From: Tubiluchus corallicola
Taxonomy: Eukaryota > Animalia > Priapulida
Direction of reading: 5' to 3'
NCBI GenBank assembly: GCA_030141605.1
Contig: JAQGDQ010001029.1
Coordinates: 1-64,000, forward strand
Length of the DNA stretch: 64,000 nt
In this document: piece after piece, positions 55,564 to 63,522 of the stretch
How positions within the stretch are numbered: position 1 is the first letter of the stretch
How the letters are laid out: the number at the start of each line of letters is the position of its first letter
Notes under the pieces: generated by a model
Databases searched by the model: none
What the model saw: the letters and a program-made list of their open reading frames with translations, nothing else
Told to the model about the DNA's origin: nothing
Made by a program: the position numbers and the translations under genes

Positions 55564-56064
55564 TTAAAGGAAAACCGGGCGATTGACTAGACTCAATCTC
55601 ATTTTAATTTACTGTCAGAAATATACATAGACATGCCTATAAATGTTAGCAATTGTTTCTAATATTTGAATAATTAATTTTTGGAAAGTTAATTAATGGC
55701 AACCGAACACAGCTATGGCTTATGTCACAAACTAACCAAGTTTGTGCAATGATAGGCATCCTCCCTGCACGTCTAGCAGGTTTGCGTAAGCGAAAACTGA
55801 CTAGCACCGCAGTTTATGATCATGCTTATCACAGTACGGCACCTATTTATTGGCCATGCAAATGTGACAAAAATATGCCATTGCCAGTCTTAGTGGATTC
55901 GCAGAAGTGCGCTTAGCTTTGAATATTTAATAAAATTTAACAAAATATCCCAAGGCAAATTATTATTTAATCTAAACATTGATTGAAAACAAGCTGTTGT
56001 AGTTTTCAATATTTTAGACTTTGTTTTGAACTAATGTTTAGATAATTGTTCTGTTTTCCTTTAA
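55564..56064. mobile_element. TTAA-flanked MITE (Kolobok-like), copy 2
   Basis: TTAA-AGGAAAAC...GTTTTCCT-TTAA, homologous to 19229-19769. Confidence 0.72.
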
Positions 56065-56635
56065 CAGCACATTTAACGTAACATAATGTGGCAGATTGTT
56101 TCTTGACATCAAAAGGTTTTGTGTTTCAAAATATTTTTTATATCCTATGGTAAATGTGAACGCCAAACTCAGATATAATGTTTAGAAAGATTTACATCAG
56201 AAATAATTTGAAATATACAACAGCAATGCCAGGCTGCAACAAGCAATACAAAACTATAAAAGTAGATGTGCACAACACAGCAATCTTTCCAGTACATCAA
56301 GTGCTGCCATCTATAAAGTGAAAAACTTTGTATGCGTGTCAGACTATCACCACATCTTCAATTTATTGTACAAAAACCCTGGCAGCCACGTGTTACTCTT
56401 CAAAAACAAACTTTTTCACAGTTGCAGTAATTGAAGATGATTGTGAAAAGGTCAAAGGTTAAATGTCTTTTCCAGTCTCAACGTGTAAGTTTTAGATAAT
56501 CTCACACTTATATGGCCGACCTGATTGAAGTGAGTCATCTGTTGGATTCATATTTCTAGCCATAGGCTGTAATAGCTCGATGATCCAACCTGCAAATTTT
56601 ACAAATGCATAATGTTCCTAGAAATAAATGGCGGT

Positions 56636-57380
56636 AGTAGGATAGATGTTACACCTCTGGCCGATTTCCCGGGGGGGGTGGGGATTTCCCCGGGGGGGTG
56701 GGGAAAAACACCCCTAAAAAAGTGCGAAAATCCGGGAAAACCCCTAAAAAAGTGTGAAAACCCGTGTGAAAGTGCGCACGTGACCGAAATCGACGAAAAA
56801 GCGCGAAAAACAAAGAAAAACGAAGAAAAGGCGTGTGAAACGAGGTAAAAATTTTCCATTTTTTCCCTCCCGCATGGCTTCATTTGGATCGAATGACCTT
56901 GAACTCTAGGTCACGTGACCAAAGTTCATTGACCCCTGGCCCCTGGATGGCTTCTTTTTTTGACGCCCCATTTTAAACCGCGCGAAAGCGCGCGAAAGCG
57001 TGCGAAAGTGTGTGAAAGCGCGTGAAAGCGCGTGAAAGTGCGCGAAAGCGTGTGAAAGTGTGTGAAACGAGGTAAAAAGCGCCTCAAACGAAGAAAAAGG
57101 GAGAAGTGGAGTTCCCGCCGAGGACTAATTAGTGCTAATTGGCGCTAATTGGCGCTAATTGGGGAGCCCCTGCCACCCCTCCGCCGCGTGCAAACGTCCG
57201 TCCCGGGGGTCGGGGACACCCCCCTGCAACCCACCCCTCCGTCGCATGGAATCGTCCACTGCAGGCAATGAGGGAAATCTTTTTCCCGCCACTCGCGCAG
57301 TGCCGGCCCTTTTCCGCGACCACTTCTCTCTCTCGGGTGCCCTCCCTTTTCCGCGACCACTTCTCTCGCGGGTTTAGATG
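56636..57380. repeat. Putative left TIR region with G-tracts and 10-bp tandem repeats
   Basis: GATTTCCC(C)GGGGGGG(G)TGGGG x2, nine 10-bp units (consensus YGYGAAAGYG) at 56981-57067, and (CTAATTGGCG)x3. The partner TIR is outside the window. Confidence 0.6.
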
Positions 57381-57672
57381 TGTGTGTGTGTGGAGATTTA
57401 TTTCAAATGCCAAAGTTCGATAAATGCATTTTCACAAATCTTTTTTATTGATGGATTACAGGTGTGGAGATTTATTTGAAACGCCAAATTTCGATAAATG
57501 CATTTTCACAAATCTTTTTTTATTGATGGATTACAAAAAATTTTTTTTACATTTTTTATGCAAAATACATACGTGCTAAAACTAGATTATTATTATTATT
57601 ATGGTGACATGATAGTTCTACATTTTACGTTTTTTTCGCAAATTACACAAATTACGCAAAATTACAGTAAAA

Positions 57673-58257
57673 CTACACTAATGACGACGAGCGAGTACAT
57701 GGATTGTCGTCGTCGATGTGATACAGACAAACGTTATTGTTGTTAAAAACGAATTCGTTAAATTTGCGGAAAACGCGAGAGAAATCCTCGACCTTTGTCC
57801 CGCCCATCATTATTATGCTTCCGGTGTGAAAAATGTTCAGAGTAATTTGCTCGCATTTGCAAGTTAGTTTGGGAAATAGTTCCACTTCGTAAAACACTTC
57901 TCTAAAAGAATGCGTCGAAGGACGAACGAGTTCTTCGTACAGTGCACCCAGTTTCAATCTGCAGTGAATTTTGGCTCTGGCGGTGATGGTGCGAATTGCG
58001 ATCCCGTCGGCGGGCGTCAGTCCGAGACCTTTCGAGAGTTCTTCGATCGCATTGCGTAGTGCTTTTTCCTCCGAAAAACCGTTGGCCACCACGGAGCCGG
58101 AGGCAAAAATCATCAGCGTCCTGCCCAGTCGCTTTAGCAGAACCATTTGCGGTTTCCTTTCGTAGCGTCTTCCGCCCGTTCTCCGCCGGAGTTCGTTCAG
58201 ATCGAAGCGCTGCGAGAACGAAGCAGTGGCGACGATGTTGACCGTTTGGACTGACAC
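57673..58257 (-). CDS. TATA-binding protein (TBP)-like protein of the Polinton (about 194 aa from GTG)
   Basis: Two TBP repeats: NIVAT...RFDL...MIFASGSVVANG and RLKL...YEVELFPKL...NIFHTGSIIMMGGTK. Compare TBP NIVST/LIFSSGKMVCTG and YEPELFPGL/LIFVSGKVVLTG. Confidence 0.85.
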   Translation of the reverse strand: MSVQTVNIVATASFSQRFDLNELRRRTGGRRYERKPQMVLLKRLGRTLMIFASGSVVANGFSEEKALRNAIEELSKGLGLTPADGIAIRTITARAKIHCRLKLGALYEELVRPSTHSFREVFYEVELFPKLTCKCEQITLNIFHTGSIIMMGGTKVEDFSRVFRKFNEFVFNNNNVCLYHIDDDNPCTRSSSLV

Positions 58258-58709
58258 GTTAGAACGTAGTTGGCAATCGTTTCGGACGCCCGAACCGCTC
58301 TGCCTCGCCCGTTGCTCTGCCAACGTATGGCGGGCGGCGGGTGCTCGCTTTCCAAATCTTCTACGCGTATGACCACGCGATTTTTGGGGAGATGTTTTTT
58401 GACGAAATCGTACATCTCTGCTCCCTTGACGTAGGTGATCCTGCCTCTGGTGGTCTGTCGTAGAATGTTTTCCAATTCTGCATACTCGATCATTCCCTCC
58501 TCCCACGAGATGCCGTGTATGTGTCTGATTAGGTAGTTGTAGGTGGATCGCTTGTGCTGGGGAACGCGATTCCAGGGGTGGGGCGGTTTGAAGGTGTAGT
58601 TGTGATATATGCCGGTCTCTATTTCGCGAATTACCAAATTTTTGACCAGGTATTCTTCTTTTCCGCACTGGAAGGCATCTATGGTGAGAACTATGCTCGA
58701 TTCAGACAT
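58197..58709 (-). CDS. Polinton accessory protein, DnaQ/DEDD exonuclease-like fold (possibly inactive)
   Basis: LTIDAF...KNL...FKPP...HGISWEEG.IEY...YVKG pattern, seen in Polinton-associated exonuclease-like ORFs as I recall them. ATG overlaps the upstream stop. Confidence 0.6.
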   Translation of the reverse strand: MSESSIVLTIDAFQCGKEEYLVKNLVIREIETGIYHNYTFKPPHPWNRVPQHKRSTYNYLIRHIHGISWEEGMIEYAELENILRQTTRGRITYVKGAEMYDFVKKHLPKNRVVIRVEDLESEHPPPAIRWQSNGRGRAVRASETIANYVLTCQSKRSTSSPLLRSRSASI

Positions 58710-58932
58710 CTGTGACGATGGGGGGTCCTTCTACGCCGTCGGCAACGAGTTTTCCTTCGATGACGATTTGCTTGTGATTGTTCACAAATTCCAGAGACTT
58801 GATTTTTTCGAAGGTGTATTTTTTTATGACCTTGTTGGGGGCACTCTTGCGTGCGTTGGCGCGCTTGCCGCCCCGCGTCCCCGCTTGTTGTTGTTGCTTG
58901 CGAGGAACGGTGGTTAGAGGTTGTTTGAAATC
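58702..58932 (-). CDS. Small basic protein exon (DFKQPLTTVPRK...), probably spliced to leader exon 60124-60210
   Basis: Strong acceptor TTCTTCTTCTCTTGCAG, no own ATG, and phase 0 like the leader donor. Confidence 0.55.
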   Translation of the reverse strand, partial: DFKQPLTTVPRKQQQQAGTRGGKRANARKSAPNKVIKKYTFEKIKSLEFVNNHKQIVIEGKLVADGVEGPPIVTDV

Positions 58933-58986
58933 CTGCAAGAGAAGAAGAAGAACAATAGTTATAGTATTGTTGTTCGCTAACGACAA

Positions 58987-60000
58987 CTAGGCATTTTTGA
59001 TGAGCCATTCTTTCAGATTTCTAGGTTTTTTGGGGGCAGTGGGGGTGAGCACCATCGGCGGCGATGGAGGGGGCGTCGCGGAAATTACGAGTTTGTCTTC
59101 TTCTTTATCATCATCTTTCTCCTCTTCCTCCTCCTCCTCTCGAAAGATGTCCATTCGTGTCCCTCTCTCGCGTCTGCTTTTACACGGAGGGGCGGAGGTG
59201 CCGACGTCGACGACATTGCCGGCAGACTTCTTTCCGTCCAGTTTGTCCAGTTCCTCGCGTACCCGTCTTCTCGTATCTGCTCCTTTCAATATTCTGCGTC
59301 CCATTCTACCGATGATGACGCACTGTCCATTTAGCAGACTTCCATCCCTAATGGACACTCCCTCGATGCAGAGGAAACCTTGCCAAACTGTCATTCTACG
59401 ACGCGGCGACAATTGACATTCGTAGTATTCGTCGTCGTCCTCTATTTTGTCTATCTCCCCCTGTAGTTTTTCGTATTCTTCCAGATGGAGGTTGATGCCG
59501 GGTTTGGTCGGAACGAGCGTGGCGACGCCGTCGCTGTCCTCGTATTTCCTCTTCACTTTTTCGACTGCCCGTCTGAGACCTATGCTGGGATGCGTTGCCC
59601 ATTTGCTGATCAACACGTAGGTCTGCCCACACAGAAAGATGGCACCCGGATGTCGTTGACGTTGATACTTTGCCCTCGTCCAGTAGTGTGACATTTTCAC
59701 GGCTATGATCATCCTATCGATTAATTCCGATTCCAGCAGTGCCTGTACGGCCTCCTGACTCAACTCGAAATTTTGCTCGGGAAAGATGAAGAGCGGTCTA
59801 GAGTTTGCTATCATGAAAGACGTTCTGGCAGACAGTTGTATTTCAAAATCCGTATAAGATATCTCCTCGTTCAAGGCAGTCAGTATTTCTTCTCGTTTAC
59901 GTACGAGTTTGCCATACTCCATCACCGTCAAAGACGCGTGCTTCCCCCTAGTGAGTTTTTCGGTAGCGGGATCGTAGTTAGATCGTCGCCGAAAGTGAAC
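58987..60000 (-). CDS. PC4/Sub1-like ssDNA-binding/coactivator repeat protein, exon 2 (joined protein 366 aa)
   Basis: TYVLISKW...IGLR...PTKPGINLHLEEYEKLQGEIDKI, compare PC4 RYVSVRDF...IDIRE...[23 protein letters not shown]. Acceptor TTTTATTCGTAG. Acidic/Pro/basic C-tail. Confidence 0.75.
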   Translation of the reverse strand, partial: VHFRRRSNYDPATEKLTRGKHASLTVMEYGKLVRKREEILTALNEEISYTDFEIQLSARTSFMIANSRPLFIFPEQNFELSQEAVQALLESELIDRMIIAVKMSHYWTRAKYQRQRHPGAIFLCGQTYVLISKWATHPSIGLRRAVEKVKRKYEDSDGVATLVPTKPGINLHLEEYEKLQGEIDKIEDDDEYYECQLSPRRRMTVWQGFLCIEGVSIRDGSLLNGQCVIIGRMGRRILKGADTRRRVREELDKLDGKKSAGNVVDVGTSAPPCKSRRERGTRMDIFREEEEEEEKDDDKEEDKLVISATPPPSPPMVLTPTAPKKPRNLKEWLIKNA

Positions 60001-60123
60001 CTACGAATAAAAGGTCAAAAATTTTTTTAACACGCTCCTGCCCCCTGATGCTAAATAAAACAGGAAAAAAACAACGTTTCGGTATTCGAAATGCTAGAAA
60101 AATAATAATGAACATTTACTCAC

Positions 60124-60210
60124 CTGATACACCTCGTCTAAGGATGAAAGCGATGTTGACAAATCGTGTGTCAGCGGATACACCAAGGCATCATTCTCCA
60201 TCATTAACAT
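60124..60210 (-). CDS. Leader coding exon of the leftward Polinton cassette (MLMMENDALVYPLTHDLSTSLSSLDEVYQ)
   Basis: Open 29-codon frame ending in a perfect CAG|GTGAGT donor. A 123-nt intron joins it in frame to 60000. Confidence 0.7.
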
Positions 60211-60289
60211 ATAGCGATGTTTTTTCGTCGTCTGCGGATGTATGTGCTATCGCTGTGTCGCTCGAGACACTTGTGTCATCCCCCCGTCA

Positions 60290-60575
60290 AAACACCCCAT
60301 TATATAGCCGCTCTCTTCCGGTTGACGTCACCCAACGGTCGTTTGCCGTTAACAATAGCTCAAGCGTGAATGACGCAGCGTCTGTTCACTCTACCGTTTT
60401 CCCGCCAAACCGTCACGATGCGTCACACTACACGGCATCTATTGTGAAAAAAACACGCTGTTTGAACACGTTCGAGTGGGCTAACCGTTTTTTTTCGTAT
60501 GCATTGCGGTATTTTTATTCTTATTTTGATACAAAATTTATAAAGGAAGGTAGATTAATTTATTTGGTAATTACG
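60290..60575. promoter_or_regulatory. Divergent Polinton promoter region
   Basis: Minus-strand TATATAA (60306-60300), CTTCCGG (ETS-like), TGACGTCA CRE at 60323-60330, TTTCCCGC (E2F) at 60398, and plus-strand TATAAA at 60539. Confidence 0.55.
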
Positions 60576-61211
60576 ATGGATCGAATTTATGATGCGAGAT
60601 TGAAATTTGGCAGCACCATGTTGGTGGCCGGACCCACTCGCGCCGGGAAAACCACTTTTGTAAAAAATTTACTCCTTCATCGGAACGTGTTGTTCGATGC
60701 TAAACCGGACAGGGTGTTGTGGATTTCGCAAACACCCCCTCCACTAGCCTCCTCTCGCGAAGAATTACAAGAAGTGGAGTACAGCGAGGACATAAATGTC
60801 GGAATACGTGCGGGAGATCTGGTGGTGGTAGACGACATGATGACGGAACTAGCCACCTCCAAACGACTGACTGACATGTTCACAAAGCTAGCACACCACA
60901 AACCGTGTTTCGTGGTTTTCATCACGCAAAATCTTTTTCAACAGAGCAAAGAATCGAGAACGCGCAGTCTAAACACCCACTACTTGGTGTTATTCAAAAA
61001 TCCGCGCGACAAGATGCAGGTGGAAGTGTTGGGTAGACAGATGTATCCGGGTAAAACGAAATCTTTTAGGGAGGCTTTCGAGCGCGCCACCGCAGCACCC
61101 TTTTCTTACGTGCTATTCGATTTGCGTCAGGAAACCGACGATGCCATTCGCATGAGAAGTAACATATTTCCTCACGAAGTACCACAATTGGTTTTTCTTC
61201 CTCAAAAATGA
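60576..61211 (+). CDS. Polinton packaging ATPase (FtsK/A32-like)
   Basis: Walker A GPTRAGKT, Walker B LVVVDD, FTKLAHH, ITQNLF, RTRSLNTHYLVLFKNPRD. Likely start MDRIYD. Confidence 0.93.
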   Translation: MDRIYDARLKFGSTMLVAGPTRAGKTTFVKNLLLHRNVLFDAKPDRVLWISQTPPPLASSREELQEVEYSEDINVGIRAGDLVVVDDMMTELATSKRLTDMFTKLAHHKPCFVVFITQNLFQQSKESRTRSLNTHYLVLFKNPRDKMQVEVLGRQMYPGKTKSFREAFERATAAPFSYVLFDLRQETDDAIRMRSNIFPHEVPQLVFLPQK

Positions 61212-61271
61212 GATAAGCAAAATGGTGCGCGTTGCATGCGACATAGAATTATTAACGACAACCGCAAAAAA

Positions 61272-61649
61272 ATGTCTCAAGCGCGCATTAGACGACACAG
61301 ACCTTTTCTCAAGCAACTCGCTCGTGCCAAACCGCGCGATAGGAGGGAGATGTTAAAGTGGGCCGATGCCGATGCGATTAATTTTTTGGCAGAATGCGCT
61401 CTCAACATACTACGCGGTAATGTGAAGTTGAAAACCAAACAGATAAAGGTATTGAGGGGACATCGCAATGTGCTGAGAAAATTGGCACGCGCCGGTTCCA
61501 CGTTGAAGGCCAGAAGACGTGCGCTAGTGCAAAAAGGTGGTATATTTCCAATCATACCCCTCTTGGCGGGCATATTTGGCGCCACTTCGGCTGCTGCTAG
61601 CGTAGCCAGAACGGTGAAGACATTCCGCGATAAGAAGAAAAAGAAATAA
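61272..61649 (+). CDS. Basic virion core-like protein with putative adenain cleavage site and amphipathic tail
   Basis: Arg/Lys-rich, ECALNILRGNV motif, LVQKGG|IFPIIPLLAGIFG. Confidence 0.75.
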   Translation: MSQARIRRHRPFLKQLARAKPRDRREMLKWADADAINFLAECALNILRGNVKLKTKQIKVLRGHRNVLRKLARAGSTLKARRRALVQKGGIFPIIPLLAGIFGATSAAASVARTVKTFRDKKKKK

Positions 61650-61650
61650 A

Positions 61651-62448
61651 ATGTATTCTCAGATGGTTTTACTACCGCTGGCAGAGTATAACAGGTTAAA
61701 ACATACGCGCCTCGTTCTAGACACGCCCGTCGAGCAGAAAACTGTAGAAATTCAACAGAAAATGGCGGAATTGGCAGCTCGAGGATTGCCACCCGATGTG
61801 GAAAATAAGATGAGAAGCGAATTGATGCAGGAGATCAAAGATTTGAAAAAACCCTCCTCCACGGGCGAAGATGACGATGGAACCCGACTGAAAGACACTC
61901 AAATAATCGAGGCATTACCCACCAAGTACAAGAGTAGGGGACAAAAAATGCTCTCCTTTTTGAAGGCCCATCGAACGCGTTGGGATGAAATGGGGCGTTT
62001 CGTGCACGAGGGACGCGCAATGAGTGGCACGCACCTGGTGGACTTGATAAATTTTGCTACAACTAGCGAGAAGATGACTCCCCCTCGCGGTTGGTCCGAC
62101 TTTTATCGTCATCTCAAAGAAATAAGTGTGCCCATGACTCTATTGGGTAAAACGGCTAAGACAGAACTCGAGAAGGGTCAACAGCAACAACAGCAGCGCG
62201 AAAGGTTGGGACTGACGACACCCCCATCCTCTCTAGCGCATCGACGCGTGGTGGCCGATGACGAAGCGAGGACAGCGACACCGACACCACCACCACCACC
62301 AGCCCCTCTACCTTCTAATAAACGAACCACGCGAAAACGTGGACCTCAACAACAACAACAACAGCAACAACAGCATCCTCGTCGCCGACGTCGACGACAA
62401 TCCTCACCCATAGTTAGAGAATGGGTGAGACTGGAGACAGAAGATTAG
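61651..62448 (+). CDS. Conserved uncharacterised Polinton protein (265 aa)
   Basis: Tightly packed between the core gene and integrase. W.E.G...GTHLVDL...PRGWSDF...VP motif and a Pro/Gln/Arg-rich tail. Confidence 0.75.
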   Translation: MYSQMVLLPLAEYNRLKHTRLVLDTPVEQKTVEIQQKMAELAARGLPPDVENKMRSELMQEIKDLKKPSSTGEDDDGTRLKDTQIIEALPTKYKSRGQKMLSFLKAHRTRWDEMGRFVHEGRAMSGTHLVDLINFATTSEKMTPPRGWSDFYRHLKEISVPMTLLGKTAKTELEKGQQQQQQRERLGLTTPPSSLAHRRVVADDEARTATPTPPPPPAPLPSNKRTTRKRGPQQQQQQQQQHPRRRRRRQSSPIVREWVRLETED

Positions 62449-63515
62449 CCGAAATCTACTACGATTTGCGTCATCCTGCCGGTTATGCTAGCGCACGTGC
62501 ATTGAAACGCGCCTCTGGCGACACGATGCGTCGCGTGCGCGAATGGTTGAGTGCACAATCCGCCTACACCCTCCACAGGGGTGCCAGACGTAGTAGATAT
62601 GACACTCGCCCGACTTTGACGCGCGGTATCGATTATCAATGGCAAGCCGATTTGGTAATTATGGACGCGCTATCCAAATATAACGATGGCTACAAATACA
62701 TGTTAACCGTGGTGGATTGTTTTAGTCGTTATGCCTGGGCGAGAGCTTTGAAGAGTAAAGGTGGACGCGAAACTGCCGAGGCTCTACGCTCCATATTCGA
62801 AGAGGAGGGGCGCGCGCCCCTCAAATTACACACGGACAAGGGTAAAGAATTTCAAAATAGACATGTACAAAAATTGTTGAAAGACTATGGCATATATTTT
62901 TTCACCACGGAAAGTGTCTACAAGGCGGCCCTGGTGGAACGTTTTAACAGAACTTTAAAATCGAGATGCTACAAAGTTTTCACCCATCGCAACACCCTGA
63001 GATGGATAGATTTTCTCCAAGATCTGGTGTACGGATACAATGGTGCCACACATCGCACCATAGGAATGGCACCGCGCGAGGTGAATGCACGAAACGAGAT
63101 GCTTTTGTGGAGAAAATTATATGCCAAAGGAAGGAGGCGAAGAAAGAAAGATTTAAGAACACCTTCGAAATTAGTGGTGGGGGATTTGGTGCGTCTTTCC
63201 AAAGTCAAGGGACGTTTCGAAAAGTCTTACTTTCCCAACTGGACGGAAGAACTGTTCACGGTTAGTGCGGTGTCCGAAGGTGACGATTTCGCCACTTGGC
63301 CGCCCGCTTACCGCATATCCGATCACACCGGCGAAGAAGTGCGCGGTATATTTTATCGTGAAGAATTACAGAAAGTGATCAAGACGGACGACGTTTATCG
63401 CGTGGAAAAAGTACTCAAAACCAAAGGTAGAGGAAGACATAAGCGTTTCTTTGTAAAATGGTTGGGTTATCCCACAGAGTTTGCCAGCTGGATAACTGCA
63501 GAAGATTTTGTGTAG
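62421..63515 (+). CDS. Retroviral-like (rve) integrase with C-terminal chromodomain
   Basis: WQADL, VDCFSRYAW, HTDKGKEF and VERFNRTLK (DDE). YRVEKVL...FFVKWLGYP...SWI chromodomain. Confidence 0.96.
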   Translation: MGETGDRRLAEIYYDLRHPAGYASARALKRASGDTMRRVREWLSAQSAYTLHRGARRSRYDTRPTLTRGIDYQWQADLVIMDALSKYNDGYKYMLTVVDCFSRYAWARALKSKGGRETAEALRSIFEEEGRAPLKLHTDKGKEFQNRHVQKLLKDYGIYFFTTESVYKAALVERFNRTLKSRCYKVFTHRNTLRWIDFLQDLVYGYNGATHRTIGMAPREVNARNEMLLWRKLYAKGRRRRKKDLRTPSKLVVGDLVRLSKVKGRFEKSYFPNWTEELFTVSAVSEGDDFATWPPAYRISDHTGEEVRGIFYREELQKVIKTDDVYRVEKVLKTKGRGRHKRFFVKWLGYPTEFASWITAEDFV

Positions 63516-63522
63516 AAAAAAC

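Noticed and set aside
56599-57423. Several short ORFs in the GC-rich terminal region
   Set aside because: They derive from low-complexity TIR repeats and show no protein motifs.
59360-59380. Rb-binding LxCxE motif in the PC4-like protein
   Set aside because: The sequence is FLCIE (FxCxE), not the canonical motif.
60048-60575. 176-aa N-terminal extension of the ATPase ORF
   Set aside because: It overlaps the minus-strand leader exon and the divergent promoter. ATPase similarity begins at MDRIYD (60576).
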